From: Breznakia sp. PF5-3
Lineage (GTDB): Bacteria > Bacillota_I > Bacilli_A > Erysipelotrichales > Erysipelotrichaceae
Length of the DNA stretch: 26,873 nucleotides
Direction of reading: 5' to 3'
Assembly: GCF_029504745.1 (NCBI RefSeq)
Contig: NZ_JAQFIQ010000032.1
Span: forward strand, 1 to 26,873
The notes below the pieces were generated by a model, which saw only the letters and a list, made by a program, of their open reading frames with translations, did not search any database and was not told the origin of the DNA. Shown here one piece after another: positions 1 to 8,157 of the stretch; positions within the stretch are counted from its first letter, which is position 1, and every line of letters starts with the position of its first letter. A program made the position numbers and the translations under genes.

Positions 1-176
1 CCCTTATCCATTCTTGACTCGCCTTATGTGATTCGTATTCCTCGGGTCGGTAGTTTGCACTCCAACTTCCTTCAGATTCCACCTCGCGATGGACACCCTT
101 GTCTTCGGCTACGGGTTAGCGACTACACCCCCCACAGTGGACTTTCACCACTAGATATATGCCATGCCTAGCACAC
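1..176 (-). mobile_element. Group II intron (class C-like), 5' 176 nt of a second copy; the rest lies beyond the window edge
   Basis: 1..182 is identical by eye to 14416..14597. On the minus strand it begins GTGTGCTAGGCATGG at 176 and carries GGAATCTGAAGGAAG (rc of 66..80). It starts 1 nt after the U-tract of the MATE gene terminator. Confidence 0.8.
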
Positions 177-177
177 C

Positions 178-207
178 AAAAAAAGTAAAATCAAAGATTT
201 TACTTTT
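178..207 (-). terminator. Intrinsic terminator of the MATE gene
   Basis: Minus strand AAAAGTAAAATC-TTT-GATTTTACTTTT (12-bp stem) followed by TTTTTTTG. It overlaps the stop codon at 200..202. Confidence 0.8.
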
Positions 208-1558
208 CGGTTTCCAAAATAGCTATTTCACTATGATATATTTTATAAAATAAATAAATACACAAGCCTAAAGATACCACTTCCGCAATCGGAAAAGCGA
301 ACCACACCATATGCACATTTTGGGTTTGTGCAAGTAAATATGCAGCTGGTAATAATACGACAAGTTGTCGTATTACTGAACTAAATAAACTCAACATTCC
401 ATGTCCCAAAGCTTGAAAGGTTGTAGATAAGACAATACTCACAGCCGCAAGAACAAAATGAACACTAATGATTCTAAGCCCAATTACACCAATTTTAAGC
501 ATCTCTTTTGATGGTGAGAAAAAGCCTAGTAATACATCTGGGAACAATTGAAATAACAATACTCCCAAACTCATAATAACAACTGCATAGATACAACCCA
601 ACCGAATTGTCTGGGTAATGCGTTGTTGATTTCTAGCTCCATAGTTATATGAAACAATAGGGATAATTCCATTATTCAAGCCAAAGATAGGCATAAAGAT
701 AAACCCTTGTAACTTAATATAAACACCACCAAAAAAAGCAGCTGCACTTTTGGTAAAAGACATCAAGATCTGATTCATACCAAAGGACATAATGGATCCA
801 ATTGAAACCATGATAATCGATGGAAAACCAATCCCATAAATTTTACGAATTATATGTAAATCAGGTTTATACTTTCTTAAATTAAAATCTACATCATGAT
901 TAAACTTCAAATTAAAAAACAATGCTAGAATAGCAGCAATAATCTGTCCTGTGATTGTCGCAATCGCTGCTCCTTCAATTCCCATAGCTGGAATAAATCC
1001 ATAACCAAAGATAAACAATGGATCTAGAATAATATTAATAATAGCACCTAAGCCTTGTGTACACATTGTATACAGTGTTCTTCCCGTTGCCTGCAATAAT
1101 CTTTCAAAGGCAATTTCTAAAAAGATCCCAAAACCAAAAATCGTACATATTTGTAAATACTTTGTTCCTAATTTGGCTATTTCGCTACTTGTATTTTGAA
1201 TAGAAAAATAGTATTCACTACCAAGCAATCCAAAAACTAAAAACAACAAGGAACTGATAAACATAATAAGAACCCCACTACTAGCTACACGATTCGCTTT
1301 ATCAAATGACTTTCTCCCTAGATACCTAGATAGTAAAGCATTGATTCCAACCCCTGTACCAGTAGCGATGGCAATCATCAAATTTTGAATTGGATATGCC
1401 AAAGACACCGCTGTTAATGCATCTTCACTAATCTGTGCCACAAACGCACTATCCACAATATTGTAAAGTGCCTGAATCAACATCGAGACCATCATTGGTA
1501 ATGACATAGTAATTAATAAACGGTTAATTGGCATCGTACCCATTTTATTTTCTTGCAT
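200..1558 (-). CDS. MATE family multidrug/toxin efflux transporter
   Basis: 452-aa polytopic membrane ORF. The N-terminus PINRLLITMSLPMMVSMLIQALYNIVDSAFV is typical of MATE (NorM/DinF-like) proteins. GGGGGAA Shine-Dalgarno lies 5 nt upstream of the ATG at 1558. Confidence 0.9.
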   Translation of the reverse strand: MQENKMGTMPINRLLITMSLPMMVSMLIQALYNIVDSAFVAQISEDALTAVSLAYPIQNLMIAIATGTGVGINALLSRYLGRKSFDKANRVASSGVLIMFISSLLFLVFGLLGSEYYFSIQNTSSEIAKLGTKYLQICTIFGFGIFLEIAFERLLQATGRTLYTMCTQGLGAIINIILDPLFIFGYGFIPAMGIEGAAIATITGQIIAAILALFFNLKFNHDVDFNLRKYKPDLHIIRKIYGIGFPSIIMVSIGSIMSFGMNQILMSFTKSAAAFFGGVYIKLQGFIFMPIFGLNNGIIPIVSYNYGARNQQRITQTIRLGCIYAVVIMSLGVLLFQLFPDVLLGFFSPSKEMLKIGVIGLRIISVHFVLAAVSIVLSTTFQALGHGMLSLFSSVIRQLVVLLPAAYLLAQTQNVHMVWFAFPIAEVVSLGLCIYLFYKIYHSEIAILETEK

Positions 1559-1626
1559 ATATTCCCCCTATTAAACTACGTTATTATACCAAACACCACT
1601 GTGATGTAAACCCTTTTTTCATTTAT

Positions 1627-2802
1627 CTATTTAATCAATAACGTTTTATAGGTGCGATCAATGAGAAACGCTCCAATCGGAGCTGTTAATAGAATCGAGA
1701 GTATCGATACTGCTAAGACAACTTCACCACAAGCCAATCCCATACTAAGGGGCAAAGCACCAATCGCTGCTTGGACTGTTGCTTTTGGTGCATAGGCAAT
1801 CATGGTAAACAAGCGCTCATTTTTCTTTAATGGTGTTTTCACAAGACAAAGCATTACGCCAACCATTCTAAACATCAAGCCAAAGGCTAAAACAAGAATA
1901 ACTGCAAACCCAATAATTTCAAGATAAGAAATATCAATCTTCGTTCCTACCAAAACAAAAAGCAATATTTCTGCACCACTCCAAAGACGGCTATAACGTA
2001 CTTCTAAACGGTTTGCTAATGATGGATAATACTGATGCATTGCCAATCCCATCGCCATAATTGCTAATAACGAAGACATTGGAACATACATTTGAATTAC
2101 TTCTTGTACTTCCAACAAAATAAAGGAAATACTAAGCATTATAAGTACTTTCCATGAATCACGAAGATGGAAACATTTACATAACTTCACCAAAAGATAT
2201 CCAACTATTAATCCAGTGATGATCCCAACAACAATAGAAATTGGTACTCTTACAAAATCCAAAACATCCATACTACCACTCTTCAACAAAGATGTGAATG
2301 CCGTAAACATTACAATTACAAATACATCATCCACCGATGCTCCAGCCATAATCATCTGAGGAATACCTTGTTTTACCCCATATCCTTCTTTCATAAGCTT
2401 CAACATCCGTGGCACAATAACAGCAGGTGAAACAGCTGCCAATACTGCACCTAGCACTGCCGATTCTAAAATACTAAGTCCCAACAAGGTTGGACCAATG
2501 ATGATAACTCCTAAGATTTCAAAACAAGCAGGAACAAAACACATCAAAAGCGCTGGTCTTCCAACTTTTTTTAATTCCTTGATATCTAATGATAATCCTG
2601 CTCTCGTTAAAATCACAACCAAGGCAAACTGACGTAATTCATCTGAAATCTTTAAAACCTGTCCATCGATGATATCTAAAACATAGGGACCTAATATAAC
2701 TCCTGCGATCATCATTCCAACTAGTCCTGGTAGTTTTAATTTTTGAAAAATAGAACTTAATAACATACCAAATAAAAATATCCATGCGAAACTTATAAAC
2801 AT
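1627..2802 (-). CDS. Cation:proton antiporter (Na+/H+ exchanger family, CPA-type)
   Basis: 391-aa ORF with ~11-12 hydrophobic segments. The N-terminus KLKLPGLVGMMIAGVILGPYVL is characteristic of the sodium/hydrogen exchanger family. GGAGG lies 6 nt upstream of the ATG. Confidence 0.85.
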   Translation of the reverse strand: MFISFAWIFLFGMLLSSIFQKLKLPGLVGMMIAGVILGPYVLDIIDGQVLKISDELRQFALVVILTRAGLSLDIKELKKVGRPALLMCFVPACFEILGVIIIGPTLLGLSILESAVLGAVLAAVSPAVIVPRMLKLMKEGYGVKQGIPQMIMAGASVDDVFVIVMFTAFTSLLKSGSMDVLDFVRVPISIVVGIITGLIVGYLLVKLCKCFHLRDSWKVLIMLSISFILLEVQEVIQMYVPMSSLLAIMAMGLAMHQYYPSLANRLEVRYSRLWSGAEILLFVLVGTKIDISYLEIIGFAVILVLAFGLMFRMVGVMLCLVKTPLKKNERLFTMIAYAPKATVQAAIGALPLSMGLACGEVVLAVSILSILLTAPIGAFLIDRTYKTLLIK

Positions 2803-2813
2803 ATTGTACCTCC

Positions 2814-2864
2814 AATAAAAAAAGCTAATGTCCTACACTAAAAAGTATAGAAATCATCAGCTTT
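2814..2864 (-). terminator. Long intrinsic terminator hairpin directly abutting the antiporter RBS (adhesin terminator and/or leader attenuator)
   Basis: Minus strand AAAGCTGATG...CTATACT-TTT-AGTGTAG...CATTAGCTTT gives ~19 paired positions with a small internal loop. It is followed by TTTTTTTATT and then GGAGG. Confidence 0.65.
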
Positions 2865-2909
2865 CGCGGTTTAGATAAATATCTAGGGAGATTTCATTCC
2901 CTGTTATTT

Positions 2910-2938
2910 AGTATACACCTTTTTTATTTTTTGTCCAA
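2910..2938 (-). promoter_or_regulatory. Candidate sigma-A promoter for the antiporter leader
   Basis: Minus strand TTGGAC (2938..2933), 17-nt spacer, TATACT (2915..2910). The -35 element overlaps the last codons of the adhesin gene. Confidence 0.4.
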
Positions 2939-5900
2939 TGGTTTCCGCTTATAAACAAGAAACCCTAATGAGCCAACAACCAATCCTACCCAAAGCATAT
3001 AATTTGTATAATCCCCTGTAGCAATACTATTGGCAATATTTGAAATCATACTACCTGCTTTATCTGGTTTTTTATTTACATCATTTTTCACAAGCTTATC
3101 GTTTGTTACTGTATAACTCAACTTAAATGTTTTAATATCTTTGATTGATAGTTCATATGTCTTATCACTTTTCTTATAATCTTTTGGTGCTTTTACTTCT
3201 TTAAGTTCATAATCACCAGCTTTGATTTTTTCATACGTGATTTCTCCATCTTCATCACTCACTTGATTATCCCCAACAGCAGTACCATTTTTTGAAAGCA
3301 TAAACTCTGCCCCTTGCAAGCGTTTATTATCTTTCTCATCTTCTTTGATAATTGTTAAATCATAATAAGGTTGTAACCCTAGATTTTGATCAGATACACT
3401 TACATTCGCTGCAATTGAAATCTTATCACTTAATATCGTATCTTCATGGAAGATGGATACATCATTATTAGCAATACCTCGTGTTGTTGAAACAAACTTA
3501 GGCGCACATTTTAAATATTCTTCATATTCTTCATTGATGCTTATTTGAACATAGTATTCACCAGGATCAACCTCTGTAAAGATAAATCCTCCATCACTTT
3601 CAATATCAGCTTCATCAATAACTGTATGTGTATTATCCAATAATTCTACTTTTAAGATTTGAATATCATTATCATCTACATTATCACTGAATACTTGATC
3701 ACCTGCATTAGCATTGTATACACTATCATAATCTAAATCATAGAAGATAGAACCTGAAATTGTTTGGTTTGATTGATACATACCAAGATCATTATTCATA
3801 TCGTTTACACCACTTTTAAATTCCAACACACCACTTTCCCATACACCTTCATCTTCATTGAGGGTGAATATGTTACCATCTGGTGAAGTCCCTTTTGGTG
3901 ACACAAAATATCCTGTCTTTGGTGTTGCAACCATCTTATATTTTCCAGGTTTTATTTGATACATTGCATATCTTCCACTTGTATTTGTTGACGCTGTATA
4001 TTTCTCAGTCGTTTCTTTTTCATCATTATCAAGACGAATAAGTGTCATTTCATAATTACTAATGCCTTTTTCATTCGCATCGTATTGACCATTGGCATTT
4101 TCATCATTCCATACAAGATCTCCAATATTCAATATACGGTAGAATCCAGCATCAACATTGATACGTTTTTCACCTTCAGCAATTACAACATCTGCTGCTG
4201 CTTTTTCTTTTGTATCATCCCAATCAACAAAATCATTGTTTACATCATCACTACCAACATTTGGTTTAGACAAATAATATTGAGGACCCATAAATTCTAA
4301 TTCCACTGTATATTTTCCAGGGAATAAACCTGTAAATTCATAATGCCCATCCATACCAGTTATCGTTTCAGCGACAATATCACCTTTCGCATCAAGTAGT
4401 TTTACTGGTACATTCTTAAACAATGGTTCATCTACATCTTTCATGTCATTTCCATTTGTATCTTCCCAAGCTACTCCTGATATTTGTGCATTTGCTTCAT
4501 ATGTCGATGAATAAATTCCTGACTTATATGGTTCTCCAGGAATAATATACGTTCCTGTATCTAACTTTCCACCATATGCAACACTATTCCATGCCACTTT
4601 TACTTTATTCGTTGGTTTTGGCATTTTCATTTTCACGATAAATTCAATAGATTCACTTTGATCTAAGTTTTTAATATCTATACGCAAAGCATTAGCATCA
4701 CGATAACTAGCATCATTAGCACTACCATTAAAGTTTACCCATGTATTATAATCGGTTGTAAAATCAGTTAGATCATCTGCATTTTTATCATATACAGCAT
4801 CTTCACTAAATGCATATTCAACACTGGCTCCACTACTTGTAGTATAAGAGAGTGATAAAAATTCAGGTACTAGAGTAGAATTCTTTGGTGTATCTGTTAC
4901 AACTAAAGAATCTGATAATTCTGGTAACATATCAATGATTCTTAATTGGGCAAATTTTGAACTACTATTATTCTTAACACTAATTTTATAATATACTTCT
5001 TGGTTTGTAAGACTATTCCAATCTGCTTCTGTTAGATTAATATTATTTGCGTAGTCAACACCATTTAACGATGCTTCTTTACTCACTTCAAGATCTACAT
5101 GCTGTAAGAAGTTTACTGTTTGATATCTACTACCATGAGAATCAACAGGCACTGTCCCTACTGTTTCTATATTAGTTGGATATGTTGTATGTACATATTT
5201 TTGATTTTCATTTTCAGAAGCAAAATATGCATAATAAGTTGCACTAGTTCCACTTTTTGCTACTGCTGTAATACGTACCGCATATTGATTGTTGTAGTAA
5301 CTTCTAGGAATATCGCGATTATAATGCACAATAACAAGTGTTCTTCCACCCGAAATCGATCTCGTTTCAAACGTTGCATCTGGTGCATTGTTTGGATTTA
5401 CCAATTCTACTTTTTTAAAATCAACATTAGATGGTAAGATGAAATATCCAGCTCCTGAAAGTAAATCTCCACTTCCATCTACATTATTCATATTGATTGT
5501 ATATGTGAATGTATCGCCGATTGCTGGATTTCTTGGACTATACATAGAATCCCAATCATTTGATAGTAGTGGATTCGATAATCCCAACCCTGCTCCACGT
5601 TCAATATAAGTTGTCGTAAATGTACGAACATTTTTATCATCTTCTTCTTTTATATCTGTAAAACTTGTAGCCCCAACATCCTTTTGTTTTCCATAAATAC
5701 GCAATGTGTTGGTAAGACCATCATTTAACCCTTCGGTTTTATTTTGAATTCCTAATAATGTATCAGCTTCCATTGTAATTACTACTTTTCCTGCTTCAAT
5801 AGGAATCTCACTTGAACCATTATAATTAAAATCATATTTTACTTTGGTTACATATTCATCTGCTTCTAAATTTAAATCACTGATATTTATTTGACCACTT

Positions 5901-7135
5901 GCTGTATATTGTGAACTTACGGCTTTCCAACTTGTGTGTTTATTGGTTTGGTAAGATACTTTGGTTTTCACAACTTCTTTTAAAGAAGGATTTACACTTG
6001 TTTTAGCGTTCCAACTTATTTTAGCGAATCTTAAAGCATCAAAATATTCACTTTCATTTGCTAATGGATCATCTACTAAATAAACATCTTTCAGATCAGC
6101 TTCTGGACGTAATTCTAACTCATAAATCACTTTTTGTCCTGATTCACGAATAACCGTTGAAGATCCTTCTTTTCTAAAGAATACAGTTCCATCAGAAGCC
6201 GTTCCAGACCCTAATGGATATACAATATCTTTTACTTCTCCCTTTTCCACTACTGGTGTTCCTACACCATCTCTTACTCCTGTATACGTAACTTTAATAA
6301 TTCTTTCATCTTCTGCTTCTACAAAATCATATTTATAATTCAATACGATTGTCTGTACTGTTCCAATGGTTTGAAGTACACCAATTGGTACTTCAATATA
6401 TTTTCCATTACTATCATTTTGAATTGGATAATTTGTCCCATTATACATTGCACTGTATAAAATAATATCCTCAGGTAAATCTATTCGCACACTTGCATTT
6501 ACATGATCCAATCCTCCAACTCGTAATTCTGGTGTTAAATCAATCGTTGCAGTATGTACAACATGTGCCCATTTATCTTCTTTTCTAAGCGATAAAATTG
6601 GTGTTTGTTGTTCTTTTACTTCCAACGTTACACTAGAACTAAGTGGCTGATTTACATTCGCATTATTTGCACTTACTTTTAATACAGGTGTAAACGTACG
6701 TAATGCAACATCCGTTGGATATTTACCTGCTTTATACGCCATTTCAAAATCCATTAAAAATAGCTTCGCTACCCGAATATCTGCATTCCCACTAATCGTT
6801 ATTGTTTGCCCTGTTTGGGTAATCGTAAACGCACTACTGGTTGGCATTTTTTTAATTTCTACACTCTCTGGAATATCAAATGATAGATTCAAATTTTGAA
6901 TTCCATTTTGATTTTCTAACTCTTCACTAATAGCTACACTATTAATCTGTAATTGTAAAACAAATGTCTCTCCAGGTTGTACAATCGTTTTATCAAATTT
7001 TACTTGTGTATCAACATTTGCAATCTTTTCCGTTCTTGTTTGACCTTCTTGCGAGAAAGCTGGTGTGACCATCTGTGCAATCACGATAAACAAACTTGCA
7101 AGAAATACATAAATTCTTTTTTTATTCTTTTTCAT
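2924..7135 (-). CDS. Large cell-wall-anchored surface adhesin with SdrD-B-like and Cna-B-like repeats
   Basis: Signal peptide KKRIYVFLASLFIVIAQMVTPAFSQ. Three tandem SdrD B-type modules (e.g. GVAWEDTNGNDMKD...GHYEFTGLFPGKYTVELEF). A Cna-B/SpaA-type domain (LQGAEFMLSKNG...GEITYEKIKAGDYELKEVKAPKDYK). The C-terminus has SIATGD, a hydrophobic stretch and KRKPLDKK. The ORF opens at a TTG at 7141, but GAGGAG is better spaced for the ATG at 7135. Confidence 0.85.
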   Translation of the reverse strand: MKKNKKRIYVFLASLFIVIAQMVTPAFSQEGQTRTEKIANVDTQVKFDKTIVQPGETFVLQLQINSVAISEELENQNGIQNLNLSFDIPESVEIKKMPTSSAFTITQTGQTITISGNADIRVAKLFLMDFEMAYKAGKYPTDVALRTFTPVLKVSANNANVNQPLSSSVTLEVKEQQTPILSLRKEDKWAHVVHTATIDLTPELRVGGLDHVNASVRIDLPEDIILYSAMYNGTNYPIQNDSNGKYIEVPIGVLQTIGTVQTIVLNYKYDFVEAEDERIIKVTYTGVRDGVGTPVVEKGEVKDIVYPLGSGTASDGTVFFRKEGSSTVIRESGQKVIYELELRPEADLKDVYLVDDPLANESEYFDALRFAKISWNAKTSVNPSLKEVVKTKVSYQTNKHTSWKAVSSQYTASGQINISDLNLEADEYVTKVKYDFNYNGSSEIPIEAGKVVITMEADTLLGIQNKTEGLNDGLTNTLRIYGKQKDVGATSFTDIKEEDDKNVRTFTTTYIERGAGLGLSNPLLSNDWDSMYSPRNPAIGDTFTYTINMNNVDGSGDLLSGAGYFILPSNVDFKKVELVNPNNAPDATFETRSISGGRTLVIVHYNRDIPRSYYNNQYAVRITAVAKSGTSATYYAYFASENENQKYVHTTYPTNIETVGTVPVDSHGSRYQTVNFLQHVDLEVSKEASLNGVDYANNINLTEADWNSLTNQEVYYKISVKNNSSSKFAQLRIIDMLPELSDSLVVTDTPKNSTLVPEFLSLSYTTSSGASVEYAFSEDAVYDKNADDLTDFTTDYNTWVNFNGSANDASYRDANALRIDIKNLDQSESIEFIVKMKMPKPTNKVKVAWNSVAYGGKLDTGTYIIPGEPYKSGIYSSTYEANAQISGVAWEDTNGNDMKDVDEPLFKNVPVKLLDAKGDIVAETITGMDGHYEFTGLFPGKYTVELEFMGPQYYLSKPNVGSDDVNNDFVDWDDTKEKAAADVVIAEGEKRINVDAGFYRILNIGDLVWNDENANGQYDANEKGISNYEMTLIRLDNDEKETTEKYTASTNTSGRYAMYQIKPGKYKMVATPKTGYFVSPKGTSPDGNIFTLNEDEGVWESGVLEFKSGVNDMNNDLGMYQSNQTISGSIFYDLDYDSVYNANAGDQVFSDNVDDNDIQILKVELLDNTHTVIDEADIESDGGFIFTEVDPGEYYVQISINEEYEEYLKCAPKFVSTTRGIANNDVSIFHEDTILSDKISIAANVSVSDQNLGLQPYYDLTIIKEDEKDNKRLQGAEFMLSKNGTAVGDNQVSDEDGEITYEKIKAGDYELKEVKAPKDYKKSDKTYELSIKDIKTFKLSYTVTNDKLVKNDVNKKPDKAGSMISNIANSIATGDYTNYMLWVGLVVGSLGFLVYKRKPLDKK

Positions 7136-7195
7136 ATTCAACGCTCCTCAACGTTTAGACAGAAATTTTTGGCAATTCGTTCATTTATTTTTTAA

Positions 7196-7212
7196 GTTCG
7201 ACAATGTCGAAC
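7196..7212. promoter_or_regulatory. Perfect 7-3-7 palindrome upstream of the adhesin gene (candidate operator)
   Basis: GTTCGAC-AAT-GTCGAAC lies ~60 nt upstream of the adhesin start. There is no adjacent U-tract, so it is not a terminator. Confidence 0.3.
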
Positions 7213-7232
7213 ATTTTATCTATTATTTCATC

Positions 7233-7256
7233 AAGAAAAAAGAGCATACGCTCTTT
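7233..7256 (-). terminator. Intrinsic terminator after miaA
   Basis: Minus strand AAAGAGC-GTAT-GCTCTTT followed by TTTCTT. It overlaps the miaA stop codon. Confidence 0.75.
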
Positions 7257-8157
7257 AGTTTAACCATGTTTCAATATCATTTTCCAACTTCTTTTTAAAG
7301 TCACTTGTAATATCATACCAGTGAACTGGCAGTTGATTATGAAACCATGTATATTGTCGTTTCGCAAAATTACGAGTATGCTTTTGAATCAGTGCTACGG
7401 TATCTTCAAAAGAAACTTCCTTTTTATAATACCCTAACCATTCTTTATAACCGATTCCCTGCATACTTTGTAAATTGAAATCTGCTTCTGAAGTAATGAG
7501 ATTCATAACTTCTTGCTCTAATCCTTGATCCATCATCTTTAACACTCGCTCATTGATTCGCTCATAGAGGAGTGGTCGATCCATTGTTAGACCAACAATC
7601 CAAGCGTCATAGAGTAAAGTGTGTTCTTGCTTTGCAATTACATCACTTTTCTTATGCCCTAGATGATTCATCATTAAAGCTCGTTTTACTCGCTTACGAT
7701 TATTTGGATGTAAATCCTTAGCAGCATCTTCATCAACCTCACATAACTTCTCATATAAGGTATCATTGCTTAATTGCTCTAACGCTTTATCATAATCTTC
7801 ATCGATTTCTTCATCATGAAATATATAATCATATAATAAGGATTTAATGTACAATCCTGTTCCACCACAAATGATTGGTAGCTTTCCTTTTGCCAATATT
7901 TCATCGATACAAACTCTTGCCTTTTCTTGAAATATCTTCACATTATACTCTTCTTTATATGAAATCATATCAACTAAATAATGTTTAATCCCCTGCATTT
8001 CTTCAGGTAGTATCTTAGCACTACCAATGGTAAGTTCTTTATAACATTGATATGCATCTCCACTGATAATTTCACCATTATACCGCTTTGCCAAATCAAT
8101 GCTTAATCCCGTTTTTCCAACTCCAGTTGGACCTACTATAACAAGTACTTTTTTCAT
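7255..8157 (-). CDS. miaA: tRNA dimethylallyltransferase
   Basis: P-loop VIVGPTGVGKTGLSIDLA followed by EIISGDAYQCYKELTIGSAK, which is the canonical MiaA signature. The start overlaps the mutL stop (TAATG). Confidence 0.95.
   Translation of the reverse strand: MKKVLVIVGPTGVGKTGLSIDLAKRYNGEIISGDAYQCYKELTIGSAKILPEEMQGIKHYLVDMISYKEEYNVKIFQEKARVCIDEILAKGKLPIICGGTGLYIKSLLYDYIFHDEEIDEDYDKALEQLSNDTLYEKLCEVDEDAAKDLHPNNRKRVKRALMMNHLGHKKSDVIAKQEHTLLYDAWIVGLTMDRPLLYERINERVLKMMDQGLEQEVMNLITSEADFNLQSMQGIGYKEWLGYYKKEVSFEDTVALIQKHTRNFAKRQYTWFHNQLPVHWYDITSDFKKKLENDIETWLN

Noticed and set aside
1-182. The 182-nt repeat as an IS terminal repeat, MITE or REP element
   Set aside because: There is no inverted-repeat termini pattern and no transposase. 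The repeat unit is the 5' end of the intron ribozyme.
4085-7195. Plus-strand ORFs 4085..4300, 5120..5437, 5388..5609 and 6977..7195
   Set aside because: They lie antisense within the adhesin gene. The translations are low-complexity and Cys/Ile/Phe-rich, with no RBS. They are shadow ORFs.
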